From Salpingoeca rosetta (taxonomy: Eukaryota > Protista > Choanoflagellata), in assembly GCA_033442325.1 (NCBI GenBank), contig JAWQFM010000002.1:2101044-2165043 (forward strand): a DNA stretch of 64,000 nt, in the 5' to 3' direction. The notes beneath the pieces are model-generated. The model made no database searches. It was not told where the DNA came from and was given only the letters and a program-made list of their open reading frames with translations. Below are positions 14,301-25,788 of the stretch, one piece after another; the first letter of the stretch is position 1, and each line of letters opens with the position of its first letter. The position numbers were made by a program, and so were the translations under genes.

Positions 14301-17300
14301 ACGCACCACAGCACTTTTGTTGAGCAGAACGACGCGAGCGCGAACATCGGTGTTGGCGGCGGCAGCGGCGACGCTGGGGAGCGCAGCAGCACGAAGCACA
14401 AGCCGTTCAAGTACAAGATGACGGTGAGCGAGGAGCAGCACGCGGCGCTGCAGATGTTCGCGCGGCAGCTCATGCAGCGGCACGCCACGTTCTTTGGGCT
14501 GGGCACGGATCTCGGCGCTGCGGAGGACTACGGATACGAGGCGCCCTGGCTCACGCTGCTGCCCACACTCAACTTCAAGAAGGGTGCAGCCACGGTGCTG
14601 CTTGGCAAGGGGCGTGGCCAGACGCCGCACGTGATGCACATGTGGCGGACGTACTTTGAGCACGTGCGTGGCGCCGCGAGGAAGCTGGGCGTTGGCGCGT
14701 CGTTTGCGCCGCATGCACACGTGGCGAGCAACGAGCTCATCAACGAGCCCCCCGGCTCGATGCGTGTCACCTCGCGCGTGGCCATGCTGCAGGATGGCTT
14801 GCTGCGGGTGTTTCTCGTCGGCACCAACCTCAACCTCACGTCCGATATCGAAGTCAACTTTGCGCTTGTGCTTGACAACGAGCGCTGCACATTCACGCGC
14901 ACTCTGCTGATTGTTGAGCCGCCCACACGCAACTTTGGCGCCAACGGCCGCTCCTACCTTGAACTGTCACTGGAGGTTCCCGACGATGCACGGCTGGACC
15001 TCCACCCGGACTTTGTTGTGCGCACGGACGGCCACAAGGCCCTGCCCTCAAGCCGCTACTTCTTGCGCTGTCGGCTGCGGTCTGCGTTTGGGGAGGCGAC
15101 GGTTACGTTCAACCAGCGCATGCTTCTCACGGGGACGTGGGTTGCCCACCGCGACGCCGTGTGGACGGAGACGTTCAGCGTGCAGTCGCCAGATCTGCTG
15201 GTGCGTGGCGCTGTGCTGAGCGCACTCCTCGCGCACCAGGTGAAGCAGCGGGCGCAGCTGCGTGAGCGCGAGTTGGAGGAGGACCACACGAAGCAGCGCA
15301 TTACACAGGAGGACACCACGCTCAACGTGGAGCGCTGCGTCGCGCTGGATGCGTTGAAGAAGCGTGTGGATCTGGCCACACTTGTGCAGACGTTCCAGCA
15401 CGCACAGTCACACAGCGGTGGGTGGCAGACGTGTGTGTGTGTGTTTGTGTGTGTGTGTTTGTTTGGTTTTTGTTCGTGTGTGCGCGTGTGTGCATGTGTG
15501 TGTGCACGTGTGTGTGTATGTGTGTGTGTGTGTGTGGTTTACCTGAGCTGCCGCAGCGTTTGGATGATGGCTATTGGCACCAGTGGCACAACTCACTCTG
15601 TCTCTTACGCAACAAACACCCACCCACCCACCCACCCACACCTACACAGGGAACGGGCTTGTGTTGGTTGAGATGCAGGAGCAGTACAAGGATGCGGTGA
15701 TGGCGACATTCCCTGTGAAGATCACGGGCGCGACAGACGAGGAGAAGGAGAGCCAGCGTCGGCGCCTGCAGCAACAGCAACTCTCCATGGCCGAACACGA
15801 CAGGTGCATTTACTTCCACCACCTGCTGCTGCCTGACCAGTGGCTGGGCACGCTGCACGGTATCCTGGACACCAGCACGGGCAACGTCGTGTTTCCTTCG
15901 CAGGATGTCCCACGCGACTCGCTCGACCCACCGCCACTGCCAGTAATGCCTCCGCTCCGCACCGCCGCTGTTGCCGACGGCGCCGCGCCAGATGAACGCG
16001 TTCCGGTGTGTTGCGTGTGAATGGTTTGGTTGGATTGTGTTGGAGTTTGATTGGGCGGGTTCTGCGTTGTTCTTGTTTTGTGTGTGCGCGCGTACGTGTG
16101 TGCGTGCGCTTTGTGTGTGTGTGTGTGCATGTGCTGCAGCTCTCATCTCCCATTGTGTCTCGCGCGCTTGCTTGTGACATTGTTTGTTGCAGTCGCTGCT
16201 TCTTCACTCTTTCTTCGCCACTCTGAATGCCCTCGACGCAGAACAACTCGGTGTGTGCGTGTGTGTGTGCGTGCGTGTGTGTGTGCGTGTGTGTATTGTC
16301 CCTCACCCGTCGCAGCTGATGGTGTTTCCTCTCCTCGTTGGTCCCCTCGTTGGTCTGCTTGTTGATGCCGGTTTTACTCGCAACACATGTGCGTCCCTCA
16401 CACACACACACGACATGTATCTCACGTTGTTCGCTGATGGTATTGAAACGCCGCGCTATTGTTTGGTGTCGTGTGTCTCTGTGTTGTATTTTTCCGACCA
16501 ACTCTGTGATAGTTGACCCATCCAACGTCTATTTCTTCCATTTCCTGTGGAAGTGCGAGCCGGTGATCCAATGCATGATCAACTACTGGGTACGCGCTTG
16601 TTGCCTTGTGCGTGTGTGTGCGTGTGTGTGTGCGTGTGTGTGTGTGCGTGTGTGTGTGCGTGTGTGCGTGTGCGTGTGTGCGTGTGCGTGTGTGCGTGTG
16701 CGTGTGTGCGTGTATGTATACATGGAGGGCGCTGTACATTGTATTGCGCACACGAATGGCTCCGGAGAGCAAAACAGGTCGCAGCTCCTCCAAAACTTCA
16801 ACCAACTCACGCTTGTTATGCTTCACACTTTACATTTACGTCTGCGCGTGCGTGTGCGTGTGCGTGCGTGTGCGTGTGCGTGCGTGTGCGTGCGTGTGCG
16901 TGCGTGTGCGTGCGTGTGCACAGAACGGCAAGTGTGAGCTCCCCGTTGCGCGGAAGAAAGGCCGCCGCCGCCGCCTGATGCGGAAAGCGGGCACAGCCGC
17001 ATACTTCAGTGTCAAGAGCATATTTGCAAAGATCCAGGAGGTATGGAGCCATGCCACACTCACATGCACACCTGCACACAAGCACACACAAGCACATGTG
17101 TTGTGGTGCGACCTTCTGCGTTGGCTGTGTTGGCTGTGTTGGCTGTGTTGGCTGTGTTGGCTGTGTTGCATCTCAATGGTTGGTATTTCGCGTCTCACAT
17201 GCACATTGGCTCGCCACTGCCACCTTTAATTGCTGACCGCCAGCGCGACCACCCTGCGCTGCCTGAGGACCAGCCGGTCTCCATCGCCGCGCAGACGAAA

Positions 17301-17665
17301 CTCGACGCCGTCAAGCGATCTGCCGCATACCAAATCCGTACGAACCAACGAGCACACTTGCAAGCACACACTATCTGTGTACATGCACACACACACACAC
17401 TTACACACTCTTCACCCAACTGTGTTCGAAGCATGCTCTTGTCAAAGCTTGCTTCTCACACAATCATTGCGACCATCCACCCGCCCACCACCATTCGTGC
17501 GTTCAGAGGAAGTTGTAGGGGAGAAAGGACGGCTGGATTTCATCTGCGAGCTGCTGTATGGGCGCAGCGATGCCATGCCGCTCTGTGACCTCGAGCGCAC
17601 TCTCCTCCGCCTCTTCCCAGACAACCAGATCCCAGGGCCAGGATGGTGCGCTGTGTTGTGTTGTG

Positions 17666-17729
<64 letters not shown>

Positions 17730-18922
17730 AACGGACGTGCTGTTCTTCCCCCCTCTCTCTCTGTGTTTGTTGCCGTGTGGTTTGGGCTGTGGTGGTTGCG
17801 CAACTCAACACGGGTGGTCTCACCTTTCCTGCACGCCCACAATACCTCGCTTGGCCTGGCAGCTTCAACTACATTGCGAGTTTGCTGACACCACCAGACC
17901 GTGCATCAACATCAACCAGCGAGTGCGTTGCTTCTTGGCTTGTGGTTTGGGGGTTTGGCTTGGGAGCCGTCACGTCACACTTGCGTTCTGCCTGACCAAT
18001 AGCTGTTATTTGAGCCCATGTGTTTCGAGTTACCTGCGTGTGCATTCACGATAGTGCTCCCCCCCTACATGTCATCATCTCCCCCCATCTCCCATGTCAC
18101 AACCATCTCACGACAACGACGACGACAACGACGACGACAACGACGACGACGACGACGACCACGATGATGAGCAGTGCTGACGAGCGGGACCCGCGGCTGC
18201 AGCACGCAGCGGAGCAGCTGCGCCGCATTGGCGCCGGACACACGCGCGACAACTACACGTTCCGCACCATTGTCGACTGGATTGCGACAGGTACGCCCTG
18301 CATGCTGGTGGTGTTGGGGGCGGTAATGATGATGATGATGATGATGATGGGTGTGACACAGCGATAGTGCTGGTAACCTGTGTTTGAGTTGGGTCGTGCA
18401 CAGTGCTCGAACGACGTCAACGCTCTTGTGTCCAACCAATACCACTGCATTCACATGAGTGCATTCACATCACTCGCACATCACACCACTGTCGCACATG
18501 GCTCCTATCACTCTCACATTACCCTCTCTTGTTGCATTCACCGCGCCCAACCAACGCCTAATGTACAGTGACGTCCATCAAGCGGCCACTGGCGCGTCTG
18601 CGCGTGCAGGCGCCCGTGATTGCTGTTGTTGGCCCTCAAGGCGTTGGCAAGACGCAGATTGTGCAGACGCTTGGCTTTGATGTGAAGCCCGCGTTTGGCG
18701 GCGACGCCAACACCAAGGTGCTGCAGCTGGCATGATGGGCATCGATGTGTATGTGTGTGTATGTGTGTGTGTATGTGTGTGTATGTGTGTGTATGTGTGT
18801 GTGCTGATGTACGTTGTTGTACGTGCGTGTCACCACTCTAGCATCCTTCGAATCTCTGCCTCTCTCTCTCTCTCTCTGAGTCGCGCTCACACACACACAC
18901 ACACGCACACACACACACACAC

Positions 18923-18967
<45 letters not shown>

Positions 18968-19793
18968 ACACACGGCCACACACAAGCACACACTCACACA
19001 CACCGACGCACACACTGACACACACATGATCACAGACAGAGCGCCCGCGACACAACACACGCATTTGACATTTTGTGTTTCCAGGGACGAAAGTGATGCT
19101 GGTGGACTGTCTTGCGCTCACAGAGGCGCTCGCGTCATCGCAGCGCACGAACTATAGCGCGCAGCAATGATCACAGGTGGATGTAATGTTCGAGTACTGT
19201 GGCTACACGTACTTGCAGCTATTCTCTCTTAGCACGCCATCGTCATCGTCGAGGTTAACTACCCTCGCAAGAATAGACAGNNNNNNNNNNNNNNNNNNNN
19301 NNNNNNNNNNNNNNNNNNNNNNNNNNNNNNNNNNNNNNNNNNNNNNNNNNNNNNNNNNNNNNNNNNNNNNNNNNNNNNNNCGTCATCATCATCATCATCA
19401 TCATCATCATCCGCAGAGGCAGGTGCGTCACCCACGCTGGAAGACATGACGCCGGAGACACGGCAGTTCCTTGCCTCGTGCAGGCAGATGGCGCAGGACA
19501 AGCACGAGCTGCTCTCTGGCCAGCTTGGCGCACGCAGCATCACCACGCGTCTGTTCTGGGTGACGCGGTTTGGGCGCTCCAACCCGCTGCTGCCACTGGC
19601 GTGCCGCCCGCCCGCGCCAACGGCTGGCATCATGTGGAACGAGACGCACCTGCGCACGTTCCTGCGGGACTTCCTTGTGTATGATCTTGGGTTGACGGCG
19701 GCGGCGGCGTGCAAGGCGCTGCAGCTGCCAGCCACCGTCACCACGCGCTCGTGGCTCGGCAGCGATCCCTGGGCCGCCACAGACACGCCATGA
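11343..19793 (+). CDS. Large multi-exon protein: N-terminal MORN repeats, class-3 lipase (alpha/beta hydrolase) domain with a long low-complexity insert, C-terminal P-loop GTPase-like domain
   Basis: First exon 11343-15417. MORN: DGRVYSGECIDGKPTGIG and YGEYRGQVVDGEAHGWGVFIFPDG. Lipase elbow IAGHSVGG (12309-12326) and VYTLGQ. Walker A VIAVVGPQGVGKT (18631-18654). Last exon ends WAATDTP*. That all exons form one gene is inferred; exons near the gap are uncertain. Confidence 0.7.
19281..19380. other. Assembly gap (N run)
   Basis: 100 Ns. Confidence 0.99.
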
Positions 19794-20356
19794 GGCGGGC
19801 TTGTGTGCGTTTGCGTATGTGTGTTCGTGTGTGTTTGTGTGTGTTTGTGTGTGTTCGTGTGTGTTCGTGTGTGTTCGTGTGTCTGCGTGTGTTCGTGTGT
19901 GTTTGCTTGTGTGTGATATTAGCGAGTCGGGCTACAAATGCCTCTTGCTTGCTTGCGGTGCGTTGCGGTGCGTTGCCTATCTTGGCGTTGGTGGTGAGGA
20001 GTGTGTGTTCGATCAAGCCCACGCGTCTGCTTCAATTGCTTCTTCTCTTGTGTGAATGCGTTACTATCTGTGCACCTTCATCGTTCTTCCCTGATGCTGT
20101 CAGCCGCGCGCCAAGTACACGATGCGACCACACAGCCAAGCTGGTTGCTGCCAATCGAAAGAACAAGAACATGTGGGTGGCGTTGGCGAAGAAGCAAGAA
20201 GGGGGGGGGGGTTGAGAGGGAGGGAAGGGTCAAAGTTGGAAACACACAACAAACAACAATCACTCACACAACAACCCGCCAACAACGACGCCTGCGCACA
20301 AGCGAGCCAAGACAACTGCGCCTGTAGCGACTCCGACAGAGACCAGCAGCAGCAAG

Positions 20357-20497
20357 ATGGCGAACCGAGTGGGCAAGGTCGTGGCAGACACGGCCAGGTT
20401 CTTCCTGTGTGACATGCAGACCAAGTTCCAAAGCACCATCTGTCACTTCCCAGCCATCCTCGAAGTCAACCGCCGCCTGGTCAGTGAAGTGTTGCTC

Positions 20498-20591
<94 letters not shown>

Positions 20592-22098
20592 ATGTGTGTG
20601 TGTGTGTGTGACCAGTGGTACTGCCAGAGTGCGTGCTGTGATGCATGTGTGCTCCTGCCTGTTGTTGTGTTTGGCAGGTGGAGGCGTCGCGGATCATGAA
20701 CATCCCGCTGACGGTGACGGAGCAGGTAAGGAGGGTCAACTCGTGCGGCTGTGAGTGGCTGTGAGTGGCTGTGAGTGGCTGTGAATGGCTGTGAGTGGCT
20801 GTGAGTGGCTGGGCTGTGCGGGACTATGAGTGAGTGCTCTTGTGGGCTCGTTGTTGTTGTGCCACACATTGGTGATGTTGATCCGCTCAGTCCATCACGC
20901 ACGTCTCACGACGACGCTCCAACGTTTGCGTTGTTTCCCACCCTGGGCATTGGCGGGATGCAGTATCCCAAGGGTACGTGCAGGTTCTGTGTGCCTCCGT
21001 ATCACATGGATCTGTTTGGCCGTGTTTGTGCTGCTCTCTCCACAAGATGGGGCGAACGATATGGAAGAAGCTGCAACCACTCAACTCAACTCGTGTTGTT
21101 CACACACACATACGCACACATACACATGCACACACTGTCTGTCTCTCTCCCTCTGTCTGCCTGTCTCTCTATCGGTGTGCAGCCCTTGGCGCCACAGTGC
21201 CAGAGCTGAACATCCCAGAAGGCCTCGCGTACCCCAAGACCAAGTTCAGCATGGTCATTGACGAGGTTGTCAAGGATATGGAGAAGGAGCCCGAGCGCAA
21301 CAACATTGTCCTCTTCGGCATCGAGGTGTGCGTGGTTGTACGTGTGTGTGTGCGTGCATGTGTGTGCGTGCATGTGTGTGCGTGCGTGCAATAATGTTGT
21401 GCGTGGTTGTGTGCGTACGCGTGTGTTAGTTGTTGCAAGCTCGTGTTGTCATGCCACCACCAGGTGCAAACACGCTTTCTGCCCCAGTGTCCATCCCCTC
21501 TCTCACGACAGCACTCTTCGCACGCCGCGGTGGTCAGACGCACGTGTGCATCCTGCAGACAGCGCTTGATCTGCTCGACAAGGGCTACTCTGTCCACGTC
21601 GTCGCGGACGGCGTCTCGTCCCGCAACATGGTTGACCGCATGTTCGCCATCGAGGTGTGTGTGTGTGTGCATGTGTGTTTGTGTGTGTGCATGTGTGTGT
21701 GCATGTGTGTTTGTGTGTGTGTGCATGTGTGTGTGCATGTGTGTGTGTGTGTGTGTGGATGTGTGTGTGTGTGTGTGTGGATGTGTTGGGCGCGTGTGTG
21801 TTTTCGTGTATGCGTGTGCGTGTGCGTGTGCATGTGAATGCTAGCTCTTCTTGCCATTCTGCACCTCGTCGTCTTCTCGCATCCTCCCTTTCCTCCATCT
21901 TACACCACCACCACCACCACCACCACCACCACCATCTTAACCATTTCCCAGCGCATGCGTCATGCCGGGGCGCACATCACCACGTGCGAGTCCATTCTCT
22001 TCCAGCTCATGGGGGACAGCCGCAACCAGCACTTCAAGGAGATCCAGAAGCTCATCATGGACCTGTCCCCAGACTCTGGCCTCCTCTCTGGTCGCTGA
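20357..22098 (+). CDS. ISOC2: Isochorismatase domain-containing protein (ISOC1/ISOC2 family), 6 exons
   Basis: [11 protein letters not shown]...[16 protein letters not shown]...PKTKFSMV...[20 protein letters not shown]...VVADGVSSR...[12 protein letters not shown]. The family is clear; ISOC2 vs ISOC1 is inferred from the lack of a long N-terminal extension. Confidence 0.9.
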
Positions 22099-22104
22099 TT
22101 TCGC

Positions 22105-22176
<72 letters not shown>

Positions 22177-22403
22177 CCGCACGTGGTTCCTACCACCATC
22201 TCACATGCATGTGCATCGTGCACAGTGCAGCTGTCACTGATGCTTTCAATTGCTGTTCCTTTAATCAAACCCGCATTCGCGTACACGTTCTCGCAATCAA
22301 GTACAAGTGCATCATCAATCATCACCTCAAAGCTGGAAGGAAACATGTCGCATCAGCTGTCGCATCGTCCAAATCACCACCACCACCACTACCACCACGG
22401 TCA

Positions 22404-23693
22404 TCAGTGCATGTCCACCTTCGCCCGCTTTTCCGGCACATCTCCATACTGTTGCTGCTGTTGTTGTTGTTGTTGCTGCGCTTGTCGCTGTATCCGTCGC
22501 ACCAGCTCGACAACGGACGCAACGCCGCCCGTCTGCACATTCAAAACGCATGGTATTGGGTGACAGTGGTGAGGACGCACACAGGCACAGACAGAGACAG
22601 ACAGACAGACAGACACAGACAGACAGACGGACATAGACACAAACAGACAGACACACAGACACAGACAGACAGACATAGACACAGACAGACAGACGGACAG
22701 ACACACAGACATAGACACAAACAGACAGACGGACAGACACACAGACATAGACACAAACAGACAGACACACAGACACAGACAGACACAGACACACAGACAC
22801 AGACAGACACAGACAGAGACAGACACACAGACATAGACACAAACAGACAGACACAGACACACAGACATAGACAGAGACAGACAGACACACAGACACAGAC
22901 AGACAGACACACATGCACAGACACACCACACACAGACAGACAGACACGCACACACACACACACACAACAAAGCACGAAGCACGAAGCAAAGGACAGCTGC
23001 GCTGACCGCGTGTGTGTCCTCGAGGGCCTCCTCCATGATGCAGAGCCACTCCATTTCGCTGAAGACGCACGTGTTCATGGCTGCACACGACAGGGCGACC
23101 GTCTCTGTTGCCTGAAGACCGTTCAGACGCGTGCGCAATCGCTGCTCCTCTGCCGCGTGTTCCTCTTCCTCCTGCTCCACGAGCTGCGGGCAGCATGGCA
23201 GTTGCACGCGGTAGTGGTGGTGGTGGTGGTGGTGGTGAGCCCGCATATCTGTCGAAAGGGCGACGCAAGGCGAGCAGCGGCGCAGCGCGAAGTTGTATTC
23301 ACACGCACACACATGGACAGGCAAACAGACAGGGATTGCTTGAACATACACGCTTGCGATATTCAATGGTGGTGCGTGCATAGTCGACAAGAGGAAAGGC
23401 GTCGAGTTCTGCTGCAGAGAGACGGGCCAGCTGCTGCTTCGTCTGTCGCCAGGCCGGCGCGTGCATCGCAACGAGCAGAGACCTGAAGGTGGACGGCGGG
23501 CCAGTGTGAGCGGGAGCACGCCCGTGAGCATTGTTAGTTTGGTGTGTAGCCGGGTGGCAGGCAAGCCGTGTGACAAAGATGGACAGCTGAGTATGTATGT
23601 GTGTTCGTGAGGGTTAGGGCTGGTACGGCTTGGCAGGATAAACGAGCCAGCGTACCTCAGCTGCTCATACGACGCAGCGGTGCCCTCTTGTAG

Positions 23694-23779
<86 letters not shown>

Positions 23780-24260
23780 GGTTGCTCTTGCGCTTGCCTT
23801 TGCGGCACTCGTCCATGTGTGCCAGCATCTGCAGAACGGGCAGAGGGACGTGTGGGGTGTGACCAGGGTGGATTTGAGTCAAATCACATCAAGCACACAC
23901 ACACACGCACACGCACACAGTGTCGTGCCGTCAAACCTATGCCTTAAAGCCCCTCCTTCCACATACACGTGTGAGCACCTGGTACTGTTCCTTGTAGCCT
24001 GCGCCACAGAGCGGGCAGAGGGAGGGTGGCTGCTCGAGGTCTCTTGGGCGCTCCCAGGTCGATGCCTTTGTGTTGTTGTTGAAGAAGAACGGAATGCCGT
24101 TTGCGTCGTGATACTCGACCCACGCGCCTGCTTGTCGAACTAGAATCGGGCTTTGTTGACCATCCGCACGCGGGCTGTTGCGGCTGCTGTTGTTGTTACC
24201 GCTGCCATTGTTCGCAGTAGACGCCACTTCTACCGCAGCTTCACTGCCGCTTGCCTCCAT
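22404..24260 (-). CDS. WW domain + UBZ-type C2HC zinc finger + polyQ + coiled-coil protein
   Basis: WW: [27 protein letters not shown]. Spliced finger [13 protein letters not shown]|MLAHMDEC. PolyQ from (CAA)n at ~23693-23781. Last exon ends [10 protein letters not shown]. Middle exon borders approximate. Confidence 0.7.
22585..22965. repeat. Compound (GACA)/(GACACA)n microsatellite, intronic
   Basis: Directly visible. Confidence 0.9.
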
Positions 24261-24572
24261 GATCAGCGAGGGGCAGGTGGCTGCATGTGAACAGAGCGCA
24301 ATAGTGGGGTGGGGAAGAAAGCAAAGAGTGAGCGTGGTGGTGTGGTGGTGTGTTGTTTCTTGGTTCCGTCCGACTGCCGAATGTTGATGCGCATCATTCG
24401 CAAATCGTCACAACTTTGCTTGCCAGCTTTGATCAACAAGAAGCTGTTGTCGCGCATCCATTCAACGTTCATCCACACTGCACCTGGCTCAACCAGCGAC
24501 AAAGTTTGTTTGGGTTTTCGTCTGTGCTGTTTGTCGTCGACTTTGGCCACTGCGTACAACCCCCTCGACATC

Positions 24573-25139
24573 ATGTCAAACACGGATCGTGGAGGCGGTC
24601 CACAGTCTGCCTCTCTGCCCATGAACTACTTTGCTTCTGTAAGGCAATGCGTGTGCGTGCGTGTGTATGTGTATGTGGTTGTGTCTGTGCCTGGCGCGTG
24701 TTGGTGTGGTTCGCGTGCTTTGGTTTCCGTTGTGTTTGTGTGGTTCTTGTTGTGGCTTGGTTGGAGTGCTGTGTGGGAAGTGCCAGCGTGCCTTGGCTCC
24801 ATTTGTGCTTCAACCTGACCGGCTACCGCTCTGCTGTGTGTGTGTGTGTGTGTGAACACCAGCCTTCTCCAGCTCACCTCGATCTTGTCTGCGCGTGTTG
24901 CTTTGCCCGCGGGTTGCTTCGCGTCTTTACCCTCCTGTCAGTGGGAGGTCAGCAACCGGCTGAATCCAGGCTGGGTTCCAAGGTACACGCGATGACAGAA
25001 AGAAAGAAAGAAAGCATGAAAGAAAGAAAGAAAGAAAGCATGAATGTGATTGGTTTTGCTCTGTGTCACTCTTCGGCACAATCATTACCATGACTTCCAT
25101 CGCCATCCCCATCTCATCGGTGACTGCCGTGCACACACA

Positions 25140-25204
<65 letters not shown>

Positions 25205-25562
25205 ACACACACACTCGTGGGTCAGGGAGCTGTTGCTGAAGATTGACCACATCAAGCTGTTGCAGCCAATTGATGTGGACAGCACTCGCCAGGAGATCCT
25301 CAAGTTCCCAACCCGCTCCATCGTCGTTGCTGTGTCTGCTGAGGTGCCATCGCTGTGCCTGTTTGAAGTGCCAGTGTCGCTGCTGTTGTACGCGCTCTCC
25401 TGTGCTTGTGTTTGAGAACAAGGGGCCGGTTCGCTGTTTTGTGTGACTATGCGATGTGGTGCCATGCATGGCGTTGGGGCAGTGTGGTGTAGACCAGTGT
25501 TGCGCACTCATCCTTGCATTCATCTCTGATCACACGCACCGCGGCCCATTTCTAACTCACCC

Positions 25563-25631
<69 letters not shown>

Positions 25632-25755
25632 GTGTGTGCGTGTGTGTACAATCGTGGCAGAGTTCGCGGCGCGTGCTTCGCTCGAGCGAGCTTGATCTGG
25701 ATGCCGACAACAGACTTGATACCGCTGTCCATCTCTCCTTCACTCTCCCCGTGAG

Positions 25756-25788
<33 letters not shown>

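Noticed and set aside
23120-23480. SARAH-like helix making the WW gene a Salvador homolog
   Set aside because: Only one WW, a UBZ is present, and similarity is limited to generic charged coiled coil
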